A DNA stretch of 64,000 nucleotides from Alkalispirochaeta sp. GTDB lineage: Bacteria > Spirochaetota > Spirochaetia > DSM-27196 > Alkalispirochaetaceae. This document shows positions 1-10,481 of the stretch, one piece after another. The notes under the pieces were generated by a model, which worked only from the letters and a program-made list of their open reading frames with translations, had not been told where the DNA came from and did no database searches. Position numbers and translations under genes: made by a program. The stretch's first letter is position 1; each line of letters starts with the position of its first letter. The stretch spans positions 192,001-256,000 of the forward strand of contig CBDESZ010000016.1 of NCBI GenBank assembly GCA_965242725.1. The letters are read 5' to 3'.

Positions 1-351
1 GACGCCGTGGAGACCGCCTGATACCTTGTATGTATCCTTGTCAAACTTGCCGCCTGCGTGGAGGCGGGTCATGACGATTTCCAGGGCGCTCACCTGTTCA
101 CCGGCGTGGAGGTCGACGGGGATACCCCGTCCGTCGTCTATGACGGTAATGGTATTGTTTTTTCCGATGATGACGGAGATTGTGGAACAATATCCGGCGA
201 GGGCCTCGTCGATACTATTGTCTACGACTTCGTATACAAGATGGTGCAATCCATCGATTCCGGTACTACCGATATACATCCCGGGACGTTTCCGAACGGG
301 ATCCAGACCGGTCAATATCTGGATGTTTTCTGCAGAATAATTTTCGGACAT
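1..351 (-). CDS. gyrB: DNA gyrase subunit B, N-terminal part (runs off window start)
   Basis: Manual translation from ATG at 351: [53 protein letters not shown]...DDGRGIP...[20 protein letters not shown] (GHKL ATPase motifs). GAAGGA RBS; divergent from dnaA. Confidence 0.95.
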   Translation of the reverse strand, partial: MSENYSAENIQILTGLDPVRKRPGMYIGSTGIDGLHHLVYEVVDNSIDEALAGYCSTISVIIGKNNTITVIDDGRGIPVDLHAGEQVSALEIVMTRLHAGGKFDKDTYKVSGGLHGV

Positions 352-481
352 GTTGTTCCTTCGTGAAGTTACCGCATTATAAGGAATTAGGTCGGTAGAG
401 TAAACTGCCGGCACCCGTCGCGACGATCGCCGTTATCGGGAACTATCGGGGCCTGTATAGAATGCATTTCGGTGGATTCTG

Positions 482-714
482 TGTGGATTTGTTGTGGATA
501 ACTACAGGAGAGTTCATGCAAACCTATGCGCCATCGACCTTTAGGAGATGTGGAAAGAGTGGATAGTTCATTTCGGCATGAATTTCAGGGAAAATCGGGC
601 GAAATTTCGGAAAAATCCCGTCTCGTTCTAGCTGGTAAAGAATCGGTGCTATGGTATCATTACCATTCGTCATGACTGGGAGGGAATGACTGTATGTGGA
701 TAAAATGTGGATAA
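482..714. promoter_or_regulatory. oriC part 1: DnaA-box cluster upstream of dnaA
   Basis: Perfect TGTGGATAA (reverse complement of TTATCCACA) at 493-501, 695-703 and 706-714. Near matches include TGTGGATTT at 482-490. Confidence 0.85.
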
Positions 715-726
715 ATTGAGGGCAAT

Positions 727-2191
727 ATGAGCGACTGGCAGGATAATCGGGTTTTCTGGGATGAGGCGTTGAAGCATATCGAGCATCAGGTCTCGGAACA
801 GGAATTCGTTATGTGGTTCCAGCAAATTCAGTACGCACGATCAGAAGAACATACGATCACCGTTTCCGTTCCTTCGTCATTTTATCGGGATCAGGTTAAA
901 CAACGCTACCTCGACATCATTGAAGGCAAGCTTCATGAACTGTCGGGAAGACCGTTTCGAATCGATTTCGAAATCCAGAAGGCGGATCTGACATCCCGTG
1001 CCGTTTCACAGGGAAACGGATATCTCCGGAAACATGCCGAACATCCTGCGTCACCGGGGAAGGAACCGGCGGCGAGGAGAACACCGATCCCGTGAAGCCG
1101 GATCCCGTCATCCCGAGGCGCGTCGTCTCCAGCCGGCGGAACGGCGCATGTCCGCACCCGGACTGAGCACGGAATATACCTTTGAACACTTTGTCGTCGG
1201 TGATAATAACCGGTTTGCCGCAAACGCCGCGATGGCGATCGCCAACAATCCCGGTACCACCTACAATCCCTGTCTCATTTACGGAGGTGTGGGACTCGGA
1301 AAGACACATCTCCTGCAGTCAATCGGCAACTCCGTGTGGCAGGGCGACGCGGAACAGCGAATTGTCTACGTCACTGCCGAGGATTTCACCAACGAGTTCA
1401 TCCGCTCCATTCAGGAAAACCGGACACACCTTTTCAAGAACAAATACCGGAACGCCGATGTCCTGCTGATCGACGACATTCATTTTCTTCAGAAAAAGAA
1501 TGAGACCCAGGAAGAGCTCTTTCACACCTTTAACGCCCTCTTTGATGCCAAGAAACAAATGGTCTTCACTTCAGACCGTCCGGTTAGTGAAATCAAGGAT
1601 ATCACTGAACGGCTGCAGAATCGCTTTACCCGTGGATTGACCGTCGATCTGCAACCACCGCAAATGGAAACAGCCGTGGCGATTCTCAAGAAAAAGGCGG
1701 AAAAGACGGGAATCAGCGTTCCCAACGACGTGATCAACCTCATCTGTCAGAAGATCACCACAAACGTCCGTGATCTCGAGGCCGCCCTCACTCGTATCAT
1801 CGCTTATGCGGAACTGGTCAACAAAGAGGTTACCGTTGAAGTCGCACAGCGTCAGCTGAAGGATTTTTTCTCAAGTCCCCTCCAGAACAACATCACCGTG
1901 GACGTTATTCAACGGACCGTGGCCGACTATTTCAATCTCTCTCCCAATGAACTGAAGGGAAAGAAACGAACCAGGCAGGTCGCATTTCCACGCCAGATCG
2001 CCATGTATATCGCCCGTGATATCACCGAGGCGTCCATGACCGACATCGGTCTCGAGTTTGGTGGACGGGATCACACGACGGTCATGCACGCCTGTCAGCG
2101 GGTGGAAAGCCGCATGCGCACCGATCCGACACTTGAAGATGTCCTGCAGACGTTGAACCGGAGAATCAAGGAAGAAGGCAGTCGAGCATAA
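727..2191 (+). CDS. dnaA: Chromosomal replication initiator DnaA, frameshifted in the domain II linker (~1056-1161) as assembled
   Basis: ORF 727-1095 encodes domain I (FWDEAL...EFVMWFQQI...VPSSFYRDQVKQRY). ORF 998-2191 encodes AAA+ (YTFEHFVVG, GGVGLGKTHL, LLIDDIHF) and domain IV (FGGRDHTTVMHA). Confidence 0.95.
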
Positions 2192-2380
2192 TGGGGATAT
2201 CTGCCGGATAAAGGGGGTATGAAATGGGGATATCGCATACCGTCGTGGATAAGTGGATAACACCGGGACAGAACAGTACACGTTATCCAACGGGTAACAT
2301 ACGACGGTGTAAAGAATTACCCCCTATTTCCACAAATGCACCGAGCCTACTACTGTTACTACTACTATTTATATATAATC
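2192..2380. promoter_or_regulatory. oriC part 2: DnaA boxes, DnaA-trio array and AT-rich unwinding element
   Basis: CGTGGATAA 2244-2252, AGTGGATAA 2252-2260, TTATCCAAC 2283-2291 and ATTTCCACA 2326-2334. These are followed by CTACTACTGTTACTACTACTA (2347-2367) and TTTATATATAAT. Confidence 0.85.
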
Positions 2381-2406
2381 AGCTAGGGAAAGGAGCCTGA
2401 ATAACC

Positions 2407-3519
2407 GTGAAATTCACCGTAGAACGAGACCAGATAATCCGGGAGATTCAAGTCGCCCAGGAGATCATTTCCTCGCGTTCCAACATGTCAATCCTGTCCA
2501 ACGTTCTCCTTCAGGTACAGGAAAGCACTCTCACCGTTCGGGCAACGGACCTGAAAGTGAGCTTTGAGACGACCCTGCCGGTAACCGTCATGGAGCCCGG
2601 CGTCACGACCGTCTTTTGCGACAAGCTCCTCGGGATCCTCCGGTCCGTTCCATCGGGTGAGATTGAATTTGAACAGAATCCCTCAAAGACGGGCGAGAAT
2701 TTCGTCATTCGTCCGAAGTTCAAGAAAATCGATTTCAAACTTCGAAGCATCGCGGCGGACAAGTTTCCTGAAATACAGATTCAGGCGCCGGACGGGTATT
2801 TTGACGTTCCCCAGGAACAGTTCATTGAAATGGTTTCGCAGACCTCCTTTGCCGTCTCCGACGATGAGACGCGCTTCTTCATGAACGGCGTCTTCATGGA
2901 ACCCGACAACGATAAACTCGTCATGGTCGCCACCGACGGTCGGCGCCTTTCGTTCATCAGTCATGATCTGCCGGAAGGAATCAGTGACTTTGACGGCGTC
3001 ATCATTCCGCCGAAGGTACTCAACCTGGTGAAGCATCTCGCATCCGGAGAGGGTACCCTCCGCATGGCCGTTGCGGATAAACACGTCTTCTTCGATTTTG
3101 AAAACCACCTGATATCTTCCGCCCTCATCGACGGGCAGTTTCCCAACTACCGTCGCGTCATTCCGGAAACCCAGCATTACTCGGTGGTGGTGGACAAGGG
3201 AGAGCTCAACGAGGCGCTGAAACGCGTTTCCCTTCTCGTGGAAAAATCACGGCGTATCTATGTGGAACTCTCTTCCGGTCAAATGCAGATTCGCAGTGAA
3301 GAGAGCGAAATAGGTATTGCCCGGGAAGATATCGCCGTGGAGTATGACGGACCGGAAACGACGATCGCCCTGAACTACACCTATCTGGTGGAACCCCTGC
3401 GTGTCATGGACAGTGATACCATCTCTCTCCATTTCACCGAAGCCAACAAGGCGATTACCATGTATTCAGAACCGCGGGGACGATACTTTCACATCGTCAT
3501 GCCCATGCAGATTCAGTAG
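2407..3519 (+). CDS. dnaN: DNA polymerase III beta sliding clamp
   Basis: 370 aa; ATDLKVS, FAVSDDETRFFMNGV, VATDGRRL, LIDGQFPNYRRVIP, C-terminal VMPMQ; AAGGAG RBS. Confidence 0.97.
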   Translation: MKFTVERDQIIREIQVAQEIISSRSNMSILSNVLLQVQESTLTVRATDLKVSFETTLPVTVMEPGVTTVFCDKLLGILRSVPSGEIEFEQNPSKTGENFVIRPKFKKIDFKLRSIAADKFPEIQIQAPDGYFDVPQEQFIEMVSQTSFAVSDDETRFFMNGVFMEPDNDKLVMVATDGRRLSFISHDLPEGISDFDGVIIPPKVLNLVKHLASGEGTLRMAVADKHVFFDFENHLISSALIDGQFPNYRRVIPETQHYSVVVDKGELNEALKRVSLLVEKSRRIYVELSSGQMQIRSEESEIGIAREDIAVEYDGPETTIALNYTYLVEPLRVMDSDTISLHFTEANKAITMYSEPRGRYFHIVMPMQIQ

Positions 3520-3530
3520 TCCGACGGCTC

Positions 3531-4610
3531 GTGGCTTTCGAGCATATCCGGTTTTACCAGTTTCGAAACCTTGAGGACGGGACGGTAGATATACCGTCCC
3601 GTCAGATTTTTCTTGTCGGCGAAAACGGTCAGGGAAAAAGCAACTTTCTTGAAAGTCTCTATCTTCTCAGCTACGGCGGCAGTTTCCGGACCCGTCGCGA
3701 TACGGAATTGTGTCGGACGGGTGAACGGGAAATGGCGGTGGACGGTACGGTGACGAATCCGGAAGGGTCTCACCGCATCCGGATTCGATTTCAGGATGGA
3801 AAAAAACGGATCGTCCTCGACGATTCACCCCTGACGGACCGGCGGGACATGATTTCCATTATCCCGTCGGTGATCTTCCGCCATGACGATATGGGGTTCG
3901 TCAACGGACCGCCGGAAATGCAGCGCTGGTTTGTCGACCAGACCCTCAGCATGAATCGTCCCGGCTACGTTGACGACCTCAGGCGCTATCGCATCATCCT
4001 GAAAAACCGGAACCATGCGATCAAGAACGATCAACTCGACCTGCTTGATGTATACAATCCCGAACTGGCCGCGGCGGGGCTTCTGATTCAGGAGCGTCGG
4101 CGTGCCGTCATAGACGCCTTTAACGCGGTATTTCACAATGATTTCATGCGAATCTCCGGTCTGACCGAGCCGGTGTCACTGGAGTACCGGCCAAGCTGGC
4201 GCGGTCTGACCGGCGTGGAAGAGGTGGTGGCGGATCTGGAATCCCGTCGGGCACAGGAGTACAACCTCAAGACGACGACCAGCGGACCCCACCGTGATCG
4301 TGTCCTATTCCGGTACGGGGGACGGGATTTTCTTCAGATCGCCTCGACCGGGCAGATTCGCCTGGTGGCGCTCATTCTTCGCGTCGCTCAGGCGCGATAC
4401 TACGGGAATACCACCGGACGTCTGCCGGTGCTCCTCCTTGACGATGTGCTGCTGGAACTGGACCCGGGACGTCGCGCACGATTTGTCGAATCACTTCCCG
4501 AATCGGAACAGCGCATTTTCACCTTTCTGCCCGGTGAACCCTATCACGCTTATCGAAACGATGAGACCTTGATATATTTTGTGGACCATGGCAGGGTACG
4601 GCGAGAGTAG
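3531..4610 (+). CDS. recF: DNA replication/repair protein RecF
   Basis: FRN, GENGQGKSNFLESLY, GSFRT, GPHRD, STGQ, LLLDDVLLELD; follows dnaN. Confidence 0.95.
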   Translation: MAFEHIRFYQFRNLEDGTVDIPSRQIFLVGENGQGKSNFLESLYLLSYGGSFRTRRDTELCRTGEREMAVDGTVTNPEGSHRIRIRFQDGKKRIVLDDSPLTDRRDMISIIPSVIFRHDDMGFVNGPPEMQRWFVDQTLSMNRPGYVDDLRRYRIILKNRNHAIKNDQLDLLDVYNPELAAAGLLIQERRRAVIDAFNAVFHNDFMRISGLTEPVSLEYRPSWRGLTGVEEVVADLESRRAQEYNLKTTTSGPHRDRVLFRYGGRDFLQIASTGQIRLVALILRVAQARYYGNTTGRLPVLLLDDVLLELDPGRRARFVESLPESEQRIFTFLPGEPYHAYRNDETLIYFVDHGRVRRE

Positions 4611-5148
4611 CGCCAGAGATCTTATCGCGCGATTTATCGATTCCATAGGCATTCGAGACGAAAAGGGAATCGTTCCTTTTGTACGGGCGTGGCCCGATAT
4701 CGTGGGAAATGATCTGGCCGCACATTCACAGGTGCTGGACATCAAAAACGGTGCCGTCCTCGTCGGTCTGGATCATCCGGCGTGGCTGCAGCGGATGCAC
4801 ATGGACCGGACGCGTATCGTGCGGTTGATTCAACGCCGCTTTCCCGCGCTGGACGTACGGTATCTCCACATGACGGTGGTGGACAGACTGGAACCGGCCC
4901 GCTCTCAGCGGGTGGATACGGAGTCCGGAAACACCCCGAACGGTGATGATGGTTCAGCCGGGCAGGATGTGACCGATCGGAGCGAGGAAACGGGCCCCGG
5001 GACAAGGGACTCACGTTCCACTGACCACCGGTCCGCAGGCGGTGACGATGATTCGGTACCACAGAAAGCGGATGAAGATCCGGAGTTTTTGAGCAAGTTA
5101 CAGAGTCTTGAGGAGGCGATCCGTCGCAAGAACGGCGACGTTGATTGA
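4588..5148 (+). CDS. DUF721/DciA-family protein with acidic low-complexity C-terminal tail
   Basis: WPDIVGNDLAAHSQVLDIKNGAVLVGLDHPAWLQRM matches the DUF721 pattern; canonical position after recF. Start is 4579 (GTG) or 4588 (ATG). Confidence 0.8.
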   Translation: MAGYGESSARDLIARFIDSIGIRDEKGIVPFVRAWPDIVGNDLAAHSQVLDIKNGAVLVGLDHPAWLQRMHMDRTRIVRLIQRRFPALDVRYLHMTVVDRLEPARSQRVDTESGNTPNGDDGSAGQDVTDRSEETGPGTRDSRSTDHRSAGGDDDSVPQKADEDPEFLSKLQSLEEAIRRKNGDVD

Positions 5149-5174
5149 CACGGCCGGAAAACGGTCGGTATACT
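5145..5174 (+). promoter_or_regulatory. Putative sigma70 promoter of the rpmH operon
   Basis: TTGACA (5145-5150), 18-nt spacer, TATACT (5169-5174). Confidence 0.6.
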
Positions 5175-5210
5175 CCGATGCCTGTTACGAAATAGACGAG
5201 GAGAAGACGA

Positions 5211-5366
5211 ATGAAGCGAACTTATCAGCCGAGTCGCGTTAAGCGTAACCGCAAGTTCGGCTTTCGCGCCCGTATGAAGACCAAGGGTGGTCGGCTGGTT
5301 CTCAAGCGTCGCCGAGCAAAGGGACGCAAGAAACTGAGTGTTGCGGACGAGAAGAAGCCTTACTAA
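5211..5366 (+). CDS. rpmH: 50S ribosomal protein L34 (not in the ORF track)
   Basis: Manual translation [60 protein letters not shown]. Confidence 0.97.
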   Translation: MKRTYQPSRVKRNRKFGFRARMKTKGGRLVLKRRRAKGRKKLSVADEKKPY

Positions 5367-5694
5367 GGCGGAAATATTACGAAAACGACGTGATATTCTG
5401 CGCGTCTTTCAAAGTAAAGACGTGCACCGAGTGAAGGGACTCCACCTGCGTGTTGTGGCAAACGAAATTGGGTGGAGTCGCGTATTGTTTGCCACAACAC
5501 GATCATTTTCCGGAGCGGTAGCCCGTAACCGGGCTCGCCGTCATCTCCGGGAAGCGTATCGATTGATAAAACGGGATATTCAGGGGCACTATGATATCGC
5601 CTTTGTGTTGTATCCGGGTTCGCACGACTTCACCGATCGTCAGGCACAAGTTGAGAAACTGCTACATCGGGCGGGTTTGTTGCCCCCCGGGTAA
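5338..5694 (+). CDS. rnpA: Ribonuclease P protein component
   Basis: [13 protein letters not shown] (RNR motif); overlaps the 3' end of rpmH; exact start uncertain. Confidence 0.9.
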   Translation: MLRTRRSLTKAEILRKRRDILRVFQSKDVHRVKGLHLRVVANEIGWSRVLFATTRSFSGAVARNRARRHLREAYRLIKRDIQGHYDIAFVLYPGSHDFTDRQAQVEKLLHRAGLLPPG

Positions 5695-5704
5695 GGACAC
5701 ATAA

Positions 5705-7489
5705 ATGGAAAAGAACACGCTTCTCGCGGTCGTTCTCTCAGTGATTGTCATCAGTGTTGGCTTTATGGTGCAGAACATGCTGTACCCTCCTCAGCCCGTT
5801 GAATCGACCCAGACCGAGAGTACAGCCCCCGGCGAAATTGAGACGACTCAGCAGACATCATCCGGCTCGCAGACCGGAGGTGGAACAACGGCACCGGCAA
5901 ACGACGCAACGGCCCCCGCGGTCAGCCGTCAGCAGATCGGGAATCCGGTACAACCTGTCGCACGGGACGGTATAGACGCCTCACCCGTCACCTATCGCAA
6001 CGATGTGATGGAGGTTGTTTTTGACCCGGCGGGAGCCCGCATCGTTTCGCTGAAACTTCTGGAACACATGGATGGTGACGTTCCGGTGGAGATGGTACTT
6101 CAGGGAGAGACCGATCGCGGCGCCTTTGAACTGCAGTTCGGGGGAGCCGACGCACAGCCGGTGGACGCCCTGTTTGAGCGGGTTGATTCCGTCGATTCAA
6201 ATCTGGTGAGTTTTCGCCGCGATTTCTACGTCGAGGGAGCACCTGATCAGCCATTTACCGTCACCAGGAGCTACCGGTTCTATCCGGAAGAGTATGTTAT
6301 CGAGGTCGGAGTTGATATCCAGAACTCGGTGAACGCCTTTGTTCCGCTGGACTTCAACGGCGACGCCTACACCATCACCTACGGCCCCCAGATCGGACCT
6401 TCCTATGAAGAGCTGGACGGACGAAATGAGTATCGCAACTTTTACTACTACGACGGCGACCGCCGACGAAACATCCGCATTCGCGGTGAAGGGGTAGAGA
6501 CGCTCACCGAGCGCGTGCAGTGGGCCGCCCTCTCGGGCAAATACTTTGCCGTCATCGGCATCCCCGGCGCCGTCGACTATACGTGGACCTTTTCCAGTAT
6601 CACTCCTCCCGGTCTTGAAAACGGGCATACCCTTTCCATGACGAGACCGGTCATTCGGTCCGCCGCAAACAGGGACACCTTTCGGTTCTACGTCGGTCCC
6701 AAGGTGAAGCGAATTCTGGAGCGATACAATCGGGCGGAAGAAAACGCCCTCGGGCTGCGAAACCTCGATCTCGATCAGGTTCAGGACAGCCGGTTTCTCT
6801 TCGGATGGCTTGAAAATATCCTGAAGTTTCTGATGCAGCATATCTACCGTTTTGTCCCCAACTACGGGTATGCAATTATCATCCTGACGGTCCTGGTGAA
6901 ACTTCTCCTCTTTCCTCTTACCCACAAGAGCTACGAAAGTACGAGCAAGATGCAACAGCTGAATCCCAAGATTCAGCAGCTGCGGGAGAAATACAAGGAC
7001 AATCCCCAGAAACTCAATCAGGCGATGGCGGATATGTACAAGAAGGAAGGGGTCAATCCCCTGGGTGGGTGTCTGCCTCTGCTCCTTCAGTTTCCCTTCT
7101 TTATCGCCATGTTCGGTGTGTTCAACAATCACTTCGATTTGCGGGGAGCCGTCTTTATTCAGGGCTGGATCACCGACCTTTCCGCTCCGGAATCAATCCT
7201 GAATTTCGGAAGCTTTACCGTTCCCTTCCTGGGTTGGAACGATTTACGATTATTGCCGATACTCTTTGTGGGGAGCCAGTTGCTTTCAAGCAAGCTGATG
7301 CAGAACCCCGCGGCCGGCCAGAGTACCGGTCAGATGAAGTTTATGCAGTACGGGATGCCGATCATGTTTTTCTTCATCCTGTACAACATGCCCAGCGGAC
7401 TGCTGGTGTACTGGATTTTCTCCAACGTGTTGACCGTTGGACAGCAGTACTTCATCAACCTGCGTAGAAAACGCCAAGCAACGGAGTAA
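5705..7489 (+). CDS. yidC: Membrane protein insertase YidC
   Basis: N-terminal TM, large periplasmic domain, NYGYAIIILTVLVKLLLFPL, GVNPLGGCLPLLLQFP, WITDLSAP, PSGLLVYW. Confidence 0.97.
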   Translation: MEKNTLLAVVLSVIVISVGFMVQNMLYPPQPVESTQTESTAPGEIETTQQTSSGSQTGGGTTAPANDATAPAVSRQQIGNPVQPVARDGIDASPVTYRNDVMEVVFDPAGARIVSLKLLEHMDGDVPVEMVLQGETDRGAFELQFGGADAQPVDALFERVDSVDSNLVSFRRDFYVEGAPDQPFTVTRSYRFYPEEYVIEVGVDIQNSVNAFVPLDFNGDAYTITYGPQIGPSYEELDGRNEYRNFYYYDGDRRRNIRIRGEGVETLTERVQWAALSGKYFAVIGIPGAVDYTWTFSSITPPGLENGHTLSMTRPVIRSAANRDTFRFYVGPKVKRILERYNRAEENALGLRNLDLDQVQDSRFLFGWLENILKFLMQHIYRFVPNYGYAIIILTVLVKLLLFPLTHKSYESTSKMQQLNPKIQQLREKYKDNPQKLNQAMADMYKKEGVNPLGGCLPLLLQFPFFIAMFGVFNNHFDLRGAVFIQGWITDLSAPESILNFGSFTVPFLGWNDLRLLPILFVGSQLLSSKLMQNPAAGQSTGQMKFMQYGMPIMFFFILYNMPSGLLVYWIFSNVLTVGQQYFINLRRKRQATE

Positions 7490-7492
7490 ATA

Positions 7493-8224
7493 ATGGTACG
7501 AGAATTTGAAGGTCGCACGGAACAAGAGGCGATCGACGCGGCGGTCAGGGCGCTTTCCCTGGACCGCCATGAGTTTGAAGTGGAAATCCTGGAAACGCAG
7601 AAGGGTTTTCTCGGAATGAACCGGTCCACCCGGATTCGTGTCCACATTCCGGATCATCTGAACGTACCCGACGTTGACGATGACCGGGAATCCAATGCGG
7701 CAGCTGCCGGACGAAGTTCTTCGGTCTCGCCGAACTACGGTAATACCAGCCCCGATCCGGAAACCGATTTTGAACACGGAGTGGTGGACTTTGTAACGAC
7801 TCTCTGTGAGAAGATGGGTTTTCCCGCAACGGTGACGATCATGTACCGGGAGCCGAAGAAACTGGGTCTCCGTCTGGACAGCGAACACGCCAATATCCTT
7901 ATAGGGCGTAAAGGAAAAAATCTCGATGCCCTGCAACTTCTGGCAAATGTCATTGCCGGTCGCCTTGAAGATTCGGAAATCAAGGTTATACTGGATACCG
8001 AAGGATATCGGGGTCGACGGGAAGAGCAGTTGATACGGCTTGCCCAGAAGGTGGGTGACCAGGTACTGCGTACCCGGGGAAGTAAACTCCTTGAACCGAT
8101 GAATCCCTTTGAGCGCCGACTCATACATACGACCCTCAATGATATAGATAACCTGGGGACGGAGAGTGAAGGCGAAGGATTGTACAAACAGGTCCGGATA
8201 TTCTATCGGGGTTCCGGCCGGTAA
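7493..8224 (+). CDS. jag: Jag/EloR (KhpB) RNA-binding protein
   Basis: Jag_N (FEGRTEQEAIDAA), KH (LIGRKGKNLDALQ) and R3H (PMNPFERRLIH) domains. Confidence 0.93.
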   Translation: MVREFEGRTEQEAIDAAVRALSLDRHEFEVEILETQKGFLGMNRSTRIRVHIPDHLNVPDVDDDRESNAAAAGRSSSVSPNYGNTSPDPETDFEHGVVDFVTTLCEKMGFPATVTIMYREPKKLGLRLDSEHANILIGRKGKNLDALQLLANVIAGRLEDSEIKVILDTEGYRGRREEQLIRLAQKVGDQVLRTRGSKLLEPMNPFERRLIHTTLNDIDNLGTESEGEGLYKQVRIFYRGSGR

Positions 8225-8247
8225 GATCGCCGATATTCGGCACCTTT

Positions 8248-8419
8248 TGGGGATATCCTGTGGATAAGTCGCAAAATAGATACACATATATGTAGGTGTT
8301 TTCGCGGCATTATTGGCGATAATAGAAATATTATGGGATTATGGCGGCGTTATTTCGTTGATTCTGTCTACCAAACGGGGAGACTGCGATATTCGCGCCT
8401 GTGGAAAGGTTGTGGATAA
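8248..8419. promoter_or_regulatory. Second DnaA-box cluster in the jag-gcvH intergenic region
   Basis: TGGGGATAT 8248-8256, TGTGGATAA 8259-8267, TGTGGAAAG 8400-8408, TGTGGATAA 8411-8419. Confidence 0.65.
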
Positions 8420-8434
8420 GAGGAGGAAAGCAGC

Positions 8435-8824
8435 ATGAAATTCGATGATTCCGTGAAGTATCAAGAAAGTCACGAATGGGCGCGTCTCGATGGTGACGTC
8501 GCCACCGTTGGAATTTCCGACTACGCACAGGACGAACTGGGAGATGTCGTCTTTGTTGAGCTTCCCGAAGTCGGTACATCAATGAAAAAGGGCGACGCCT
8601 TTGGTGTCGTTGAAAGTGTAAAGGCGGCCAGCGATATCTATATGCCGGCGACGGGGGAAATCGTCGAGGTCAACGAGGTTCTGAAGGACACACCGGAAAA
8701 GGTCAATGAGGATCCTTTTGGCGACGGATGGATTGTGAAGATAAAAGTCTCCAATGCATCGGAGCTGGACCAGATGATGGACGCAGGATCATACAAGACG
8801 TTTACGGAAGGTCTGAACGAATAG
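8435..8824 (+). CDS. gcvH: Glycine cleavage system H protein (lipoyl carrier)
   Basis: SHEW, GISDYAQDELGDVVFVELP, ESVKAASDIY (lipoyl Lys), NEDPFGDGW. Confidence 0.96.
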   Translation: MKFDDSVKYQESHEWARLDGDVATVGISDYAQDELGDVVFVELPEVGTSMKKGDAFGVVESVKAASDIYMPATGEIVEVNEVLKDTPEKVNEDPFGDGWIVKIKVSNASELDQMMDAGSYKTFTEGLNE

Positions 8825-8855
8825 CACCTGCCCCCGGTATCAGTTTGTAACCGAG

Positions 8856-8889
8856 ACCCGCCGTACCGGAAGGTATGGGCGGGTTTTTT
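8856..8889 (+). terminator. Intrinsic terminator after gcvH
   Basis: ACCCGCCGTACC-GGAA-GGTATGGGCGGGT hairpin followed by a T run. Confidence 0.75.
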
Positions 8890-8992
8890 CATCTTCGGTC
8901 TCTCATGACCGTATCTTGCCGTATCCGTACATCGAGGTGTACCCTCTACCGGACTGTCCGTATTCCGGACACGGCCAAACAGGAGCATAAAA

Positions 8993-10456
8993 ATGAGTAC
9001 TGCAATGACACATTCACCCGTCACGGGCGACCGTTTTCGGGTTCGCGATATTTCCCTGGCCGATTGGGGACGGAAGGAAATCACCATGGCCGAGTATGAA
9101 ATGCCCGGCCTCATGGCAACCAGGGAAAAATACGGCCCCGGTAAACCCCTTTCAGGAGTGAGGATAGCGGGCAGCCTTCACATGACGATCCAGACTGCCG
9201 TTCTCATCGAAACACTTGTCGCATTGGGTGCGGATGTACGCTGGGCGAGCTGCAATATCTTTTCGACCCAGGACCACGCTGCGGCGGCCGTAGCCGTCGG
9301 CCCCGACGGAACACCGGAAGATCCCCGGGGGGTTCCCGTCTTTGCCTGGAAGGGCGAGAGCCTCGAAGAGTACTGGGAAATGACCCTCAACGCCCTTTCG
9401 TTCCCCGGTGGAAAGGGTCCCAATCTCGTCGTTGATGACGGCGGTGATGCAACCCTCCTCATACACAAGGGAGTGGAAATGGAAAAAGGTTCCGACTGGG
9501 TATCGACTCCGTCGGAGAGCCACGAAGAGTCGGTCATCAAGAGCCTCCTGAAGCGAGCCCATCAGGACGATCCGAAGTATTTCGGGAAGCTCGCCGCCGA
9601 GTGGCGCGGCGTCAGCGAGGAGACCACAACCGGCGTACACCGCCTCTATAAGATGGCCGCGGAGGGAACCCTTCTCGTTCCGGCGATCAACGTCAACGAC
9701 AGCGTGACGAAGAGCAAGTTTGACAACCTCTACGGATGCCGGGAGAGTCTCATCGACGGCATTAAACGGGGCACCGATGTGATGATCGCGGGCAAGACCG
9801 CCCTTGTATGCGGCTACGGTGATGTCGGAAAGGGAAGCGCCCAGAGCTTGCGCAGTCAGGGTGCCCGGGTCATCGTCACGGAAATCGATCCCATTTGTGC
9901 GCTGCAGGCGGCTATGGAAGGGTATGAGGTCAAGACGGTGGAGGAGGCTCTCCCCGAGGCGGATATCATTGTCACCGCAACGGGAAACAGGGACATCATC
10001 ACCCTGGAACACATGAGGGCGATGAAGAATCAGGCGATTCTCGCCAACATCGGTCACTTCGACAATGAGATCCAGGTGGGACGTCTCAACGACGCCGCGG
10101 ATGTCCACCGACAGACGATAAAGCCCCAGGTCGACAAATACCGCTTTCCCGAGGGGCATGAGATCTATCTGCTCAGTGAGGGGCGGCTGGTCAATCTCGG
10201 GAATGCAACGGGTCATCCAAGTTTCGTGATGAGCAACAGTTTTACAAATCAGACGCTTGCGCAGCTCGACCTGTGGGAGAACCGTGACAGCTACGGACCG
10301 GGTGTACGGGTCCTGGACAAGGTTCTTGACGAGGAAGTGGCGAGGCTCCATCTGGAAAAACTGGGCGTACATTTGACGACCCTCACCAAAGAACAGGCGG
10401 CATATATCAATGTCGAAGTAGCCGGACCGTACAAGTCGGACTGGTACAGATACTGA
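8993..10456 (+). CDS. ahcY: Adenosylhomocysteinase
   Basis: [76 protein letters not shown]. Confidence 0.98.
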   Translation: MSTAMTHSPVTGDRFRVRDISLADWGRKEITMAEYEMPGLMATREKYGPGKPLSGVRIAGSLHMTIQTAVLIETLVALGADVRWASCNIFSTQDHAAAAVAVGPDGTPEDPRGVPVFAWKGESLEEYWEMTLNALSFPGGKGPNLVVDDGGDATLLIHKGVEMEKGSDWVSTPSESHEESVIKSLLKRAHQDDPKYFGKLAAEWRGVSEETTTGVHRLYKMAAEGTLLVPAINVNDSVTKSKFDNLYGCRESLIDGIKRGTDVMIAGKTALVCGYGDVGKGSAQSLRSQGARVIVTEIDPICALQAAMEGYEVKTVEEALPEADIIVTATGNRDIITLEHMRAMKNQAILANIGHFDNEIQVGRLNDAADVHRQTIKPQVDKYRFPEGHEIYLLSEGRLVNLGNATGHPSFVMSNSFTNQTLAQLDLWENRDSYGPGVRVLDKVLDEEVARLHLEKLGVHLTTLTKEQAAYINVEVAGPYKSDWYRY

Positions 10457-10481
10457 ATCGGCAGGGACAAGGATTTTACAT

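Noticed and set aside
1093..1095. Selenocysteine or stop read-through at the dnaA TGA
   Set aside because: Read-through stays in the wrong frame and stops again near 1183-1185 without reaching the AAA+ domain.
5694..5705. Absence of yidD between rnpA and yidC, and gyrB divergent from dnaA
   Set aside because: A similar layout is known in other spirochaetes such as Borrelia; not novel.
8890..8992. Possible SAH/SAM riboswitch upstream of ahcY
   Set aside because: Only two small hairpins (GTACATC/GGTGTAC and TGTCCG/CGGACA); I could not find the conserved SAH or SAM-I core motifs. An Rfam scan would settle it.
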